Made by a program: the position numbers and the translations under genes. The notes below the pieces were generated by a model. The model worked only from the letters and a program-made list of their open reading frames with translations. It had not been told where the DNA came from and ran no database searches. A stretch of 64,000 nucleotides of DNA from the IMG/VR virus record IMGVR_UViG_3300037400_001617, one strand, 5' to 3'. Every line of letters starts with the position of its first letter. The first letter of the stretch is position 1. This DNA comes from a virus (taxonomy: Duplodnaviria; Caudoviricetes). Shown here in pieces: positions 18,015 to 27,618 of the stretch.

Positions 18015-20747
18015 TTATACTGTAGTCACATCGCTACTCAGTGTTGAGTAGTTGAGTGCTGTGATTGTGAAGATTTCTGCCTGTGCAAACGGTCTGAATA
18101 CAACTTCGATAGCTGCATAGTAGATCTTGTTTGCTACAGAGTTCTCATCCTGAACGTACTTGAATCTCAGAGCAGCGAACTTAGAACGGAATACCTTGAG
18201 GACTTCCTCTACTGAACGCTGGTAAGTAGACAGGTCGTTGTTATCGATGAACTTGTATCTTGAAGCAGGGCAAGCCTTTCTTACAGCCTGCATTACCTGA
18301 TGAACAAGCATGATATTGTTGATGTATGAGAAGTCTGAATCCTTAGGGCTGAGTGTGAACTCGGTATCCATAGTGAAGACTCCGTTGTAGTATGAGCCGT
18401 AGTTGACCTTGAGGTCTGTCATCTTCTGTTTCTCATTAACGATTGTCTCATCGTCTGAAGGATAAGTATCGCCGATGTATGAACGTGATGTCATTGCAGA
18501 AGAAGGATAGATCTTAGGAATGTAGTTTATAGTACCCTCGATGAATTCAGGAAGTACGATGCCATATCCCTGACCAGCGAACGGACGACCAACACCATTG
18601 ATGAAGTGGCTAACCATCAGTCTTGACAGTCCATATGTAGCTGTAACAGTGATCTGCTTGTTTGAATAAGGATCACGGATATCACCGTAGATCGAAGTAA
18701 CAGAGCAGTTACGATCATGAATATAGTAGTTTGTTGCTTCCTCATCAGGCGGGAACTCGTTTTCGTCGTCGACTACATTGATAAGAGTATTAACGTCGTC
18801 GTAAGTCTTAACGTCTGAGTTAAGATCGAGGTAAACGAAGAAGTCACCTCTGTATGCAGCAAGCTTCTGGATAGCGAGCTTAACCTTCTTGTCGTAGTTA
18901 GCATCGAACACGCAGTTCGGGAACCATACGTCAAGATTGAAGATGTCTCTGTCGAACTGACCGTTGAAGAACTTTCTGTACTGATTCTGGTAAGAGAGAT
19001 CCCATGAGTACTCCTGAACTGTAATAGTTGCGTCGTACTTATAGAGAGTATCAACAGCCTGTGCTCTTGTCAGCTCAGCTGAGATATAGTAGTATCCGCC
19101 GCCAGTAGAAGCTACCTTGAGCTTTGTAGCAGATGAGTGTTCTTCAGGATTCTGAGCATCAACAACAAAATCAGCACCGCTGAAGTTGATATTAAGGCCA
19201 GCAAGCTTCAGAAGATTGATAGCAGCATCACACTTGTCGTGAGTTGCTTCTGTTTCTCCTGTTACCATGAAACCGAGGTTTACCTTAGAGCCAGCAGCTA
19301 TTGTAGTAACAGCTGTACCAGTACTGTCATATACCTGAGCAGTAGCGCCGAGAGCAGCCTTAGAAGTGATTGTAGTAGTATATACTGTATTATCAATTAC
19401 ACCGTCGTCACCATAACGAAGATTCTCGAAGATGTTTTGCTTTGAACGAGTCTTGTAGTTATAGTAGTAGTAAGTGATATCAGCATCGCCGCTATCGAGG
19501 TTGTTAGCAGTAGAATTACTTACACAGTAGAGATCTGATGTAGCACCTCTTGTAACACGGTTGTCAACAAGAGTAGTACCAGAGAGATCATAACCGAAGA
19601 GACAGTCTGCATCATCGAAGAGATACTCGTTGTTGATACTGAGCTCATCGTTGATTAACTGCAGGAGCTTGTCATAAGAATCGTAATAGTACTTAACCTT
19701 GATCTGGTCAGACTTCAGATTAACTGCAGATTCGATATCGAAAGTATAACCAGTGTTAGTGTTTCTTGAGTAGGGGTTAACAGTAAATGCATATGTTTCA
19801 AGTGTTCTTCCTGTTACAGAATCAGAAACCTTGAGAGTATATACTGCCTTGCCGATAGACTTAGATGTGTTTACATCGAATACGATAGCATAGTTCTTCA
19901 GAGAAGCACCACGACCGTTATCGAAGATTGTGAAGAGCGGGAAGAAGTACTCGCCGCCGTTAGCGGCTGCATATACTGTAGAAAGGAACTTTGTCTGAAC
20001 CAGAGTTTTATCTTCATCTGTAGAAGCTTCAGAGTAATCTGCTGTTACTGTACCAGTACCAGAAGGATCTGCGTAAACTACTTCAGAAGAGTTACCGTTG
20101 GCGATTATACCAGCAGTATAGACATTACCAGTCCATGTACCGTTATCGAGAGGAATGTTCTCTGTTGTAGTTCCGTTGGTATACACGCCAACGAGACCAG
20201 TGTTCATTTTCAGAGATTCGCCCATCGAAATATCATAGGATATCTTGTCCTTGTGGGTATTATACATGAACTTACCCTCGACGATAGCAGAGTTGTTAGA
20301 AGTATTGGTAGTGTCCTTTATCGATGCGATTACAGGACGAAGTACATATTTCTTTGTATCGCCGAATGTAGCATCCTTGATATAGCCGTCTTCGTTCTTA
20401 GTGAACCTAACGTCAAGCTGCTTTGAGAGCATAATGCCGACTGTAGCATTAGCAAGTTTAGCGGAGTCAAGAACTGCTCTCTTTGCGATGAGTCTTGCTC
20501 CTTCATTGATGTCCATGGAAGCCTGGAGAAGAGGCTGCTTATATGTGTTGAACTTGATCTTGTCCTGCGAACCATAAAGGTTATAGAAACGCTGACCAGC
20601 AACAAGAAGCATATCTTCTGGTCCCTTAGGTGCTCTGAAAGTTGTCATGAATACAGGTGCTGAGTTGCTGACCTGCTGAATCGGCACTGCAGCACTAGCT
20701 TCAGAATGATCTCTCAGGACAAATTGTGTGCCAGGATATCTTGCCAT
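18015..20747 (-). CDS. Tail sheath protein
   Basis: 910 aa; N-terminal YPGT; sheath-like C-terminus (AAYRGDFFVYLD, YKFIDN, IYYAAIEVVFRPFAQAEIFTI). Confidence 0.8.
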   Translation of the reverse strand: MARYPGTQFVLRDHSEASAAVPIQQVSNSAPVFMTTFRAPKGPEDMLLVAGQRFYNLYGSQDKIKFNTYKQPLLQASMDINEGARLIAKRAVLDSAKLANATVGIMLSKQLDVRFTKNEDGYIKDATFGDTKKYVLRPVIASIKDTTNTSNNSAIVEGKFMYNTHKDKISYDISMGESLKMNTGLVGVYTNGTTTENIPLDNGTWTGNVYTAGIIANGNSSEVVYADPSGTGTVTADYSEASTDEDKTLVQTKFLSTVYAAANGGEYFFPLFTIFDNGRGASLKNYAIVFDVNTSKSIGKAVYTLKVSDSVTGRTLETYAFTVNPYSRNTNTGYTFDIESAVNLKSDQIKVKYYYDSYDKLLQLINDELSINNEYLFDDADCLFGYDLSGTTLVDNRVTRGATSDLYCVSNSTANNLDSGDADITYYYYNYKTRSKQNIFENLRYGDDGVIDNTVYTTTITSKAALGATAQVYDSTGTAVTTIAAGSKVNLGFMVTGETEATHDKCDAAINLLKLAGLNINFSGADFVVDAQNPEEHSSATKLKVASTGGGYYYISAELTRAQAVDTLYKYDATITVQEYSWDLSYQNQYRKFFNGQFDRDIFNLDVWFPNCVFDANYDKKVKLAIQKLAAYRGDFFVYLDLNSDVKTYDDVNTLINVVDDENEFPPDEEATNYYIHDRNCSVTSIYGDIRDPYSNKQITVTATYGLSRLMVSHFINGVGRPFAGQGYGIVLPEFIEGTINYIPKIYPSSAMTSRSYIGDTYPSDDETIVNEKQKMTDLKVNYGSYYNGVFTMDTEFTLSPKDSDFSYINNIMLVHQVMQAVRKACPASRYKFIDNNDLSTYQRSVEEVLKVFRSKFAALRFKYVQDENSVANKIYYAAIEVVFRPFAQAEIFTITALNYSTLSSDVTTV

Positions 20748-20817
20748 TAGTTATTCCTCCTTTTAGATTTATAGTAATAATAAGGATTGTCATAATCTAA
20801 TCTAAAGAATTAGATCT

Positions 20818-20830
20818 TTATACTGATGTT
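20818..20830 (-). promoter_or_regulatory. Late-type promoter AACA-TCAGTA-TAA (sheath)
   Basis: Motif match. Confidence 0.7.
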
Positions 20831-20853
20831 ATAGACGGAGCCAGCTCCGTTGA

Positions 20854-21576
20854 TTAGTCCATCATAATCTTTTCAAGCGGAGATTCACCATTGTTACCGA
20901 CAACCATTGATGATACAAGAGCCTTATCCCAAGTCTCTGAAGTGAAGGCTGTAAACGGTGATACTTCACGAGGAATGTCTCGTATGTTTACCATACGGTA
21001 TTCGTTCATGTCCTTTGATCCAGAAAGCCTGAATGGAACTGAAGTGTCGGATGCTGATCTAGCACACTCAGAAACTACGATACCGATAAGCTGAAGGGAC
21101 ACATCATAGCTGTTCTCTGTAAGCTCAATGTTTCTGAGGAAGTACTCCTGAAGCTGATCGTAGGGTATAGTGTTAGGTATGTTTCCATACTGTAAAGCTC
21201 TATACCAAGTATCAAGATTTCCACCATCTACAACTACTTCTGAGGATACTACTATCATAGCATCCTTGTTGTACTTGAGAAGACGATAGTCTTGTACATC
21301 AGTATTCTTGGTAAGCTTCAATCCTTTCACTATTTCAATGTCATCAGGTTTAGTGACAAACATTGCTGGGAAGTTAAAGTTGTGCAAGCCCGAAGCTGGC
21401 TTGCCGTCTTTGTTAAGAATAGCATAGGTACATATACCGAATAATGAGATATACTCACCATTGAAGACAGCCAGCTTAGTATCAAAGAACTTCTCAGGAA
21501 CATAGAAAACGAACGTTCCTTCGGAGTTGAATGCATAGCCACCATCTTTCTCTTTGATGAAGTTAGGCATTGCCAT
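20854..21576 (-). CDS. Probable RNA polymerase beta-prime C-terminal subunit (likely virion RNAP)
   Basis: VSLQLIGIVVSECAR...SPFTAFTSETWDKALVSSM...SPLEKIM parallels the RpoC C-terminus (HIEVIVRQM...SFISAASFQETTRVL); late-type promoter at 21593-21605. Confidence 0.5.
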   Translation of the reverse strand: MAMPNFIKEKDGGYAFNSEGTFVFYVPEKFFDTKLAVFNGEYISLFGICTYAILNKDGKPASGLHNFNFPAMFVTKPDDIEIVKGLKLTKNTDVQDYRLLKYNKDAMIVVSSEVVVDGGNLDTWYRALQYGNIPNTIPYDQLQEYFLRNIELTENSYDVSLQLIGIVVSECARSASDTSVPFRLSGSKDMNEYRMVNIRDIPREVSPFTAFTSETWDKALVSSMVVGNNGESPLEKIMMD

Positions 21577-21592
21577 AGATATCACTCTCCTT

Positions 21593-21627
21593 TTAATAGA
21601 TGGTTTGGCTGTATATTATATATGTGT
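21593..21627. promoter_or_regulatory. Divergent promoters: late-type AACC-ATCTAT-TAA (-, 21593-21605) and early-type TATATTAT (+, 21612-21619)
   Basis: Both motifs visible back to back. Confidence 0.65.
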
Positions 21628-21694
21628 ACATGTACATGACCACTTACACTATATTAATGGTCATGCCATGAATCTTATAAAGGAGGAATTCATC

Positions 21695-22030
21695 ATGGAA
21701 TACAAGATGAAGGGGAGATTGATAACTCCCAAAGAAGAAGAATTGATGAAACAGATCAAAAACACTGATGCGTACGAGAAGATCATCAATGTATCTAATG
21801 TCGCAGTCACTGTAGAAGAACGGAGCCATATAGCAGAGATGGCAAGAGATTTCTTAAAGTTCTTCGCTTCTCGTGCTGCTACAATCAACCAAACCGATCA
21901 ACCGATAGTGAAGAAGCATACGTTGTCGGTAGATGAGTTCAGAAAGAACCCAATTAAACCGCCTAACGTAAACACTATCGAAGTCATCATGACAACGAAA
22001 GAATCAATCAAGAAGGGGGTTAATCCATGA
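21695..22030 (+). CDS. Hypothetical early protein
   Basis: Start MEYKMKG after AAGGAGG. Confidence 0.7.
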   Translation: MEYKMKGRLITPKEEELMKQIKNTDAYEKIINVSNVAVTVEERSHIAEMARDFLKFFASRAATINQTDQPIVKKHTLSVDEFRKNPIKPPNVNTIEVIMTTKESIKKGVNP

Positions 22031-22545
22031 TTGATGAAGAAGAAATGAAATATGAATCTGTACTCTTTGGAGACAGCTTCATGATAGTAAAGAGAATCTC
22101 TGAAGAAGAGTTTCTCAAGTATCTTATCTATCGTTTAGATCCCGAAGAAAATAAACTGGACTCGTGCAAAATGGATCTCGTCGATTTTGGGAAGGTAAAT
22201 AAGAACAAGAACAAGCTAAACTATGGTTCATCATATGCTGCTGCATATATAGATGAGTTCAAGACTGAGAACATGCCGAAACCAGACACAACTACTATCG
22301 AAGTGATTCAGACTACAGACTATGAAAGACTGAACAGGATAGCTGACTATTTCAGCTATTCACATTACCTGATAGATGCGCTCGTATTAGACGCAATGTT
22401 AGAGGAAAAGGAGGAGAAGAACAATGATACTGTCATTGGCAAGATTAGTTATAGATGTAGCATACCCTATAACAATCGCATGTATAATAATGATAATAAT
22501 GAAGACGTTTCAGCTCGTAGATGTCGCTTTAGACATCGTAAATAA
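22027..22545 (+). CDS. Hypothetical early protein
   Basis: 172 aa; shares a DEF...TIEVI.TT motif with the upstream gene. Confidence 0.7.
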   Translation: MIDEEEMKYESVLFGDSFMIVKRISEEEFLKYLIYRLDPEENKLDSCKMDLVDFGKVNKNKNKLNYGSSYAAAYIDEFKTENMPKPDTTTIEVIQTTDYERLNRIADYFSYSHYLIDALVLDAMLEEKEEKNNDTVIGKISYRCSIPYNNRMYNNDNNEDVSARRCRFRHRK

Positions 22546-22738
22546 GAGTGTACCCAGGAAGGTTACCTCTAAAAGAGCTAAGAAAATCTTCAAGCACCTC
22601 AGAGGGTTGCTTGTTGCGTTGATGATAACTGCTATTGTAACCCTGACAGCAGCTATCGATCTCAGATCTGCAGGAGAAGAGATTGAACTGATACACTTAT
22701 ACAGTATAGGAGGAGGACTTGGAAATGGATGTATCTAA
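22424..22738 (+). CDS. Hypothetical membrane protein
   Basis: SD AGGAGG; two hydrophobic segments. Confidence 0.6.
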   Translation: MILSLARLVIDVAYPITIACIIMIIMKTFQLVDVALDIVNKSVPRKVTSKRAKKIFKHLRGLLVALMITAIVTLTAAIDLRSAGEEIELIHLYSIGGGLGNGCI

Positions 22739-23201
22739 CTTTTGCGAAGCCATCGGGTATAACAACCCGATGGAATTTACGTCAACCAAAGAGCTGGTTA
22801 AGCAGCTTTCTAATAATCTTGTGACTTATACGAGAGGTAAGATAGCTGCTCCATACTTTATTGAGAGTGGTATAGAAGACGTTGGCTCTGTAATACTCTC
22901 TAGAGGAGCTCGTTTCCTTTTAGACTATAGAACCAACGAAATCTATGTAGTACATCCAGTACTGAATGTACCATATGGAGATTACATGAGAAAGCTCAAG
23001 TCTTTTGTGGACGATATTCGTAAGAACCAGCTTGAAGACTACCTGGTTGGCAATATCGAAAGCTTCACTGGTAATCCAGATGATGTGTTTGCTAAGAAAG
23101 CTGGAGTGGAATACGATTACGTATTCCCATCATCAAACAGGCGACTTGTCATCTGGTACAAGAAAGAAAGGAGTGAAAACAATGATAAAGATAGAGCGTG
23201 A
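22725..23201 (+). CDS. Hypothetical protein
   Basis: SD GGAGGAGG; in operon. Confidence 0.7.
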   Translation: MDVSNFCEAIGYNNPMEFTSTKELVKQLSNNLVTYTRGKIAAPYFIESGIEDVGSVILSRGARFLLDYRTNEIYVVHPVLNVPYGDYMRKLKSFVDDIRKNQLEDYLVGNIESFTGNPDDVFAKKAGVEYDYVFPSSNRRLVIWYKKERSENNDKDRA

Positions 23202-24057
23202 TCACTCTATAGTAACAATCAGATTCGACTGTTATACGATAACATACGATGAATGGTATGTGGCTGAAACAATCACAGTCGAATGTGACTTAGCGAAAGT
23301 CAATGAAATCATCGACGGCAAAGAAAGAAGATGGGTGGTACCTGTACTGGAATCAGTATCAGTAGAGTATGGAGAAAGAAAATTTGTACTCTACATCCCG
23401 TTTAGAGACGAAAGGATTATGATAGACTGCATCCACCCAGAGCTGTCTACATACGTCATGATGGACAACAGAAATGGCAGTATAGAACTAAACCTCACAT
23501 CAGGTTTAGGTTTCGTACGCAAATACAGACCGATTTACAAGGAGGAAAATGAAATGAGCAATTGTATCAACAACAACGACAAGTCATCATTCATCAAGAA
23601 GGAAGTATTCATAATCATGAACGACAGGATCTTTATGTATCATCTTCCCTTTCATGGACAGGTGATAGAGTATCTTCTGAAGAGTGATGCAGTTTCCCAG
23701 CAGATACTGGTATGCTGTGACTACGCTCGTATCAAAGGATCTATCATGGAACAGACTTTCGATGGTTTATCTATCGATGGAAAGCCTCTCCCTGTAGAGG
23801 CAGGACACGAGTGTCATGTAATAGGAAGTCTGGAAAGCTCAGCATACGATACAGTCCAGCAGATATACATCGTAGGCTCAGATGGTAAAGAGTTTTTCAT
23901 TGACACCTATTCGGAAGACATAGGTATAGGGGCTAAAGATGGCAGTGGATGCCATATAAAACTCAAAGACCCTGTAACCAAAGAGATCAAAGACTTCCAT
24001 GTCAATTACGCTTTCAGTGTAAGCGGCAAACGATTCATCTACCAGTCAGCAAACTAA
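23182..24057 (+). CDS. Hypothetical protein (possible internal start near 23554)
   Basis: Start MIKIERD after AAGGAG. Confidence 0.65.
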   Translation: MIKIERDHSIVTIRFDCYTITYDEWYVAETITVECDLAKVNEIIDGKERRWVVPVLESVSVEYGERKFVLYIPFRDERIMIDCIHPELSTYVMMDNRNGSIELNLTSGLGFVRKYRPIYKEENEMSNCINNNDKSSFIKKEVFIIMNDRIFMYHLPFHGQVIEYLLKSDAVSQQILVCCDYARIKGSIMEQTFDGLSIDGKPLPVEAGHECHVIGSLESSAYDTVQQIYIVGSDGKEFFIDTYSEDIGIGAKDGSGCHIKLKDPVTKEIKDFHVNYAFSVSGKRFIYQSAN

Positions 24058-24070
24058 GGAGGACGATACA

Positions 24071-24739
24071 ATGTATAAAATAGCAATAGCAGAGAGCAAT
24101 AAGCTCGGAAAGTTGATAGTACAGTGGTTATACACCACATATAGTGTGACGATCCACAAAGTGACGAACTCTCCGTCGCTAGTGCATAATCTTTTCTTTC
24201 ATTATGAAGAATTCGATGCCAATAAATTCTTCACACATGATGACGAGGTTCAATACAGCATAACAAACAAGAACCTTAGAAGATTAGGAGATGAGACTCA
24301 CTGTATAGGCTGCGAGTTCTATCTTCTCGAAACTGGAGAGAGATACTATCTCGACTTTGTCAATGAGACAGTCGAAAAACTGACTGAAGAGAAAGAAGCT
24401 AAAGAAAAGGAGCAGCCTGAGGAGATGTATATCAACGACAGAGATAAAGGTAAAGTCGTCAGAATCGGCAAGATCACTTATAAGTGCGGCGATGACTTCG
24501 ATATCTATGATGATGGTATGACCAGTCTTGTTATAGACTGGGTAAACCGCAAGATATTAGAGGTTGATATGAGCTACTTTATTCCTTGTCCAGACGACGA
24601 AGAGATCGACGATGAGACTCTGGAAGAGAGATTCTTCAAAGAATCAACTATGATGTCATACGACTTCAGACAGAGAGTAAAGGGTGGTTATATCTTTATA
24701 AAAACACTTGATGAAGGCGAGGATGAAGAAGATGAATAA
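24071..24739 (+). CDS. Hypothetical protein
   Basis: 222 aa; SD AAGGAGG. Confidence 0.75.
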   Translation: MYKIAIAESNKLGKLIVQWLYTTYSVTIHKVTNSPSLVHNLFFHYEEFDANKFFTHDDEVQYSITNKNLRRLGDETHCIGCEFYLLETGERYYLDFVNETVEKLTEEKEAKEKEQPEEMYINDRDKGKVVRIGKITYKCGDDFDIYDDGMTSLVIDWVNRKILEVDMSYFIPCPDDEEIDDETLEERFFKESTMMSYDFRQRVKGGYIFIKTLDEGEDEEDE

Positions 24740-25469
24740 CGACAAAGCCAAGGAACTTCTCAAAGAGATATTCGGAGCTAAAGAGGAGAAGCATTCCTAT
24801 CCAGAGGAGTACCCTAATATAGTCCGCTGTATGGCGGACTATAGATACATTAAAAAGAAGAGTAGAAGGTTCTTCAATAGTTTCAATGGCTCTAGAAACT
24901 ATGTAAACTGTTCTTTCAGTAATGGGTCAATCATTCCGTCTATCATAAAAAGCACTATCAACGACAACGGTACCAGATATGTGATCGATGAAAGGACTTA
25001 CTGTGCAGTTCTCTACCTAAGGGACAGATCATCAGTAATGACTGAATTCGAGTTCCTCAGACCTATCCTTCTGAATAAAGAAGGAACCAAGATGAAAGTT
25101 GCAGATCACTTCGAAAGCTGCTCAAGAACTATGTATGGATCAAATGACTATAGTACTTCTATACCTGGAGAGGAGGATGGATGCTTAACATGTCAGGATG
25201 TAGCATGGGCACTTACAGATCTCATTCACACTGCTTGTGATTTGAATCTGGAAGATGATCGTAAAGGGGATCGTTGGAGGAATGGTATCGAAGTGATTCT
25301 TCAGACTCATATGCTTAGAAACGACATTGTTGGACACTGGTACAAGTATGATGGGGATACGAAGAAGATACACTCACAGATAGATGTGTATAATATACCC
25401 ATCACAGGCTTCACAAACAGTACAAACAGTGTAGAGTACAACTTCCCTCGACAGATATTACAGCAGTAG
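24732..25469 (+). CDS. Hypothetical protein
   Basis: Coupled ORF, start MNNDKAK. Confidence 0.7.
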   Translation: MNNDKAKELLKEIFGAKEEKHSYPEEYPNIVRCMADYRYIKKKSRRFFNSFNGSRNYVNCSFSNGSIIPSIIKSTINDNGTRYVIDERTYCAVLYLRDRSSVMTEFEFLRPILLNKEGTKMKVADHFESCSRTMYGSNDYSTSIPGEEDGCLTCQDVAWALTDLIHTACDLNLEDDRKGDRWRNGIEVILQTHMLRNDIVGHWYKYDGDTKKIHSQIDVYNIPITGFTNSTNSVEYNFPRQILQQ

Positions 25470-25473
25470 AAGA

Positions 25474-25495
25474 GAGGGTGGATTTCTCCACCCTC
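25474..25495. terminator. Hairpin between convergent genes
   Basis: GAGGGTGGA-tttc-TCCACCCTC. Confidence 0.65.
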
Positions 25496-25501
25496 CATCT
25501 G

Positions 25502-26335
25502 TTAAGGATTAGGCTGTTTGCAGAGAAGAGTTTCGATGATATCAACGATGCTCTTTCCAGCAAGATCATCTCCAGCTTTGAATCCACCCACGTCGTTTAC
25601 TACTTCGTGGAGTTTACCCTCTGGCCATGTAAGGCTAGGGATAGTAGCTGCTACATCGGCAAGAGCCTGTGTAGTAGCATAACCGCCGAGAGCAGTTTCG
25701 AGTGCTTCGGTAGTTACATAGCTTGACAGGTATGTTGTCATGTCTGTCTTAGCTACATAATCACCAAGTGCTGTTGTAAGAGCCTCTGTAGTTACGAGAC
25801 CTTCAACACTTGGGATAGTGGGCTTATCTGTAAGATCGTTATAGGAACCAGATACTGCTACAGTAGCAAGGAATGCCTTAACAAGATCTTCCAGCTCACC
25901 CATCTTAACGTACTCTTCAGGGTCTACAGGCTGATCGCCAGAGGGGAAGAGAAGCTTAGCAACAAGTTCTGAGAACGTAATGTCACCGAGCTTAGTACCC
26001 TTAGCAATACCGCCGACTCTGATAGTAGTACCTGTTTCGCTCTTATCCTGATAGATATCAGCCTTAGCGATGTTTTTGAGTATTTCGTTGAGTTGTCTCT
26101 TCAGAACGAAGAACTCCTCAGGATGATGAGGCCAAGGACCACAAGGCGGTACAGGATAGAAGTAACGAGTAGGAACAGGATTCGGCACACCAGGATTGTA
26201 AGGATTTACAACAGGTGCGTCGGGACAGCATCCACCAGGATGCTCATACGGTGGTCTGCCTGGGATCCACATGGGATCAGTCGGGCATGGACCAGGAATA
26301 CAATGTATTCTTTCGTCGTAAAGATTATTCGACAT
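25502..26335 (-). CDS. Fibre-like virion protein with Pro/Cys/His-rich N-terminus
   Basis: Fibre motif AVSGSYNDLTDKPTIP; repeats YVTTEAL..ALG.Y; late promoter AACA-CTCTAA-TAA at 26361-26373. Confidence 0.6.
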   Translation of the reverse strand: MSNNLYDERIHCIPGPCPTDPMWIPGRPPYEHPGGCCPDAPVVNPYNPGVPNPVPTRYFYPVPPCGPWPHHPEEFFVLKRQLNEILKNIAKADIYQDKSETGTTIRVGGIAKGTKLGDITFSELVAKLLFPSGDQPVDPEEYVKMGELEDLVKAFLATVAVSGSYNDLTDKPTIPSVEGLVTTEALTTALGDYVAKTDMTTYLSSYVTTEALETALGGYATTQALADVAATIPSLTWPEGKLHEVVNDVGGFKAGDDLAGKSIVDIIETLLCKQPNP

Positions 26336-26415
26336 ATCTAAACCTCCTTTAGGTGTAGTATTATTAGAGTGTTGAGTAAACTTGTGACGGCGAAAGAGAG
26401 ATGAAAGGAGAATGT

Positions 26416-27534
26416 ATGTATATGATAAAGGTAGATGAAGTAATAGAAATCCTTAAGAACAGGTTTAAAGCTAAGATTAAACAAGAACCTACAGACATGA
26501 TAGATATGAAAATCGACTCTCGTTTCAAGCTAAGTGCGTTAGCTGGTTTAATTGACATGAAGTACGCTAAAGATGAGAAAGAGATGACAAAAGAAGAGCT
26601 AAATCAAGCTTGCATCGAGATTGGTAAAGTAAAACTTCCAGCCGATATCATAGTTCAAAACACTGTCCCAATCAAAGATATCATTCTTAAGGACGATTAC
26701 AATCCAAAACAAAGCTATCGTTTCATTTTGTTTAAAGAAGAAGATTGGATCGTTAGAGAATACACGGTAGTAGATGGTTCTCTAACAATAATTGGGATAT
26801 TGGTTACGTACATTGATAATAATGTAAATGATGGAGCAGTGATCTTTCCAATAACAATGTTCTCTCATGAAGAATGTAATGAACTTTCATTAGAACTTTC
26901 CATGTCTTTCAAGTTCTGGCACAATGCTATCGTTTCTAAAGGTTATGAACCGCACAATGTGATATTGTACTCACGTATGATTACAGAAGAAGGTCTATGG
27001 AAACTTAACGCTTGGTATTGTGTACAAGTATCTTTACTCAATCCGCTAATCAGGTTTAAGACTAAAGAGAAGAATGTAATCGTTAGCCAGAAGACTAGGA
27101 AAGGTAAGAAGAAAAGTGGCGCTCCAAAAGTGAGGTACTTCAAGACAATATACATTGATAACGAACCTATCAATCAATTCTTTGATAAGAAAGAAGATGA
27201 GAACGGAAAGACTCATTATCACTGTCTTATGTGGTATGTGACTGGCCATTGGAGACACTATGCAAATGGTAAGAAGGTCTTCATCCAGGGATACTGGAAG
27301 GGTGAGGGACGTTTCTCTGGAATCGAAGCAGAGACAAGACAAAGAGAACTTGTGCTTGATGAGGACGATCTTCCGAAAGAAAGAGTTCCGAAGCCCAAGG
27401 AGCCCGTAAAGCGTCTCTTCGTGGACAGCACATATGACGAGCATGTTCGCTGTGAGTGCGGTCAGTTGACTGGCAGTGACCATCTCACTGAACGCTGCGA
27501 CAAGTGCAATACACTTGTAATGTATCGTAACTGA
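26416..27534 (+). CDS. Hypothetical protein with VxGHWR motif and C-terminal C4 zinc finger
   Basis: WYVTGHWRHYANGKKVFIQGYWKG; RCECGQLTGSDHLTERCDKCNTLV; SD AAAGGAG. Confidence 0.7.
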   Translation: MYMIKVDEVIEILKNRFKAKIKQEPTDMIDMKIDSRFKLSALAGLIDMKYAKDEKEMTKEELNQACIEIGKVKLPADIIVQNTVPIKDIILKDDYNPKQSYRFILFKEEDWIVREYTVVDGSLTIIGILVTYIDNNVNDGAVIFPITMFSHEECNELSLELSMSFKFWHNAIVSKGYEPHNVILYSRMITEEGLWKLNAWYCVQVSLLNPLIRFKTKEKNVIVSQKTRKGKKKSGAPKVRYFKTIYIDNEPINQFFDKKEDENGKTHYHCLMWYVTGHWRHYANGKKVFIQGYWKGEGRFSGIEAETRQRELVLDEDDLPKERVPKPKEPVKRLFVDSTYDEHVRCECGQLTGSDHLTERCDKCNTLVMYRN

Positions 27535-27536
27535 AC

Positions 27537-27574
27537 AAACAAGGCAGTGGGATTCACCCACTGCCTTGTTTTTT
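27537..27574. terminator. Bidirectional terminator
   Basis: AAACAAGGCAGTGGG/CCCACTGCCTTGTTT plus T tract. Confidence 0.8.
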
Positions 27575-27618
27575 GTCGAATAGCTTTAATCAAAGTTGTC
27601 GTGTATGTACAATCACAT

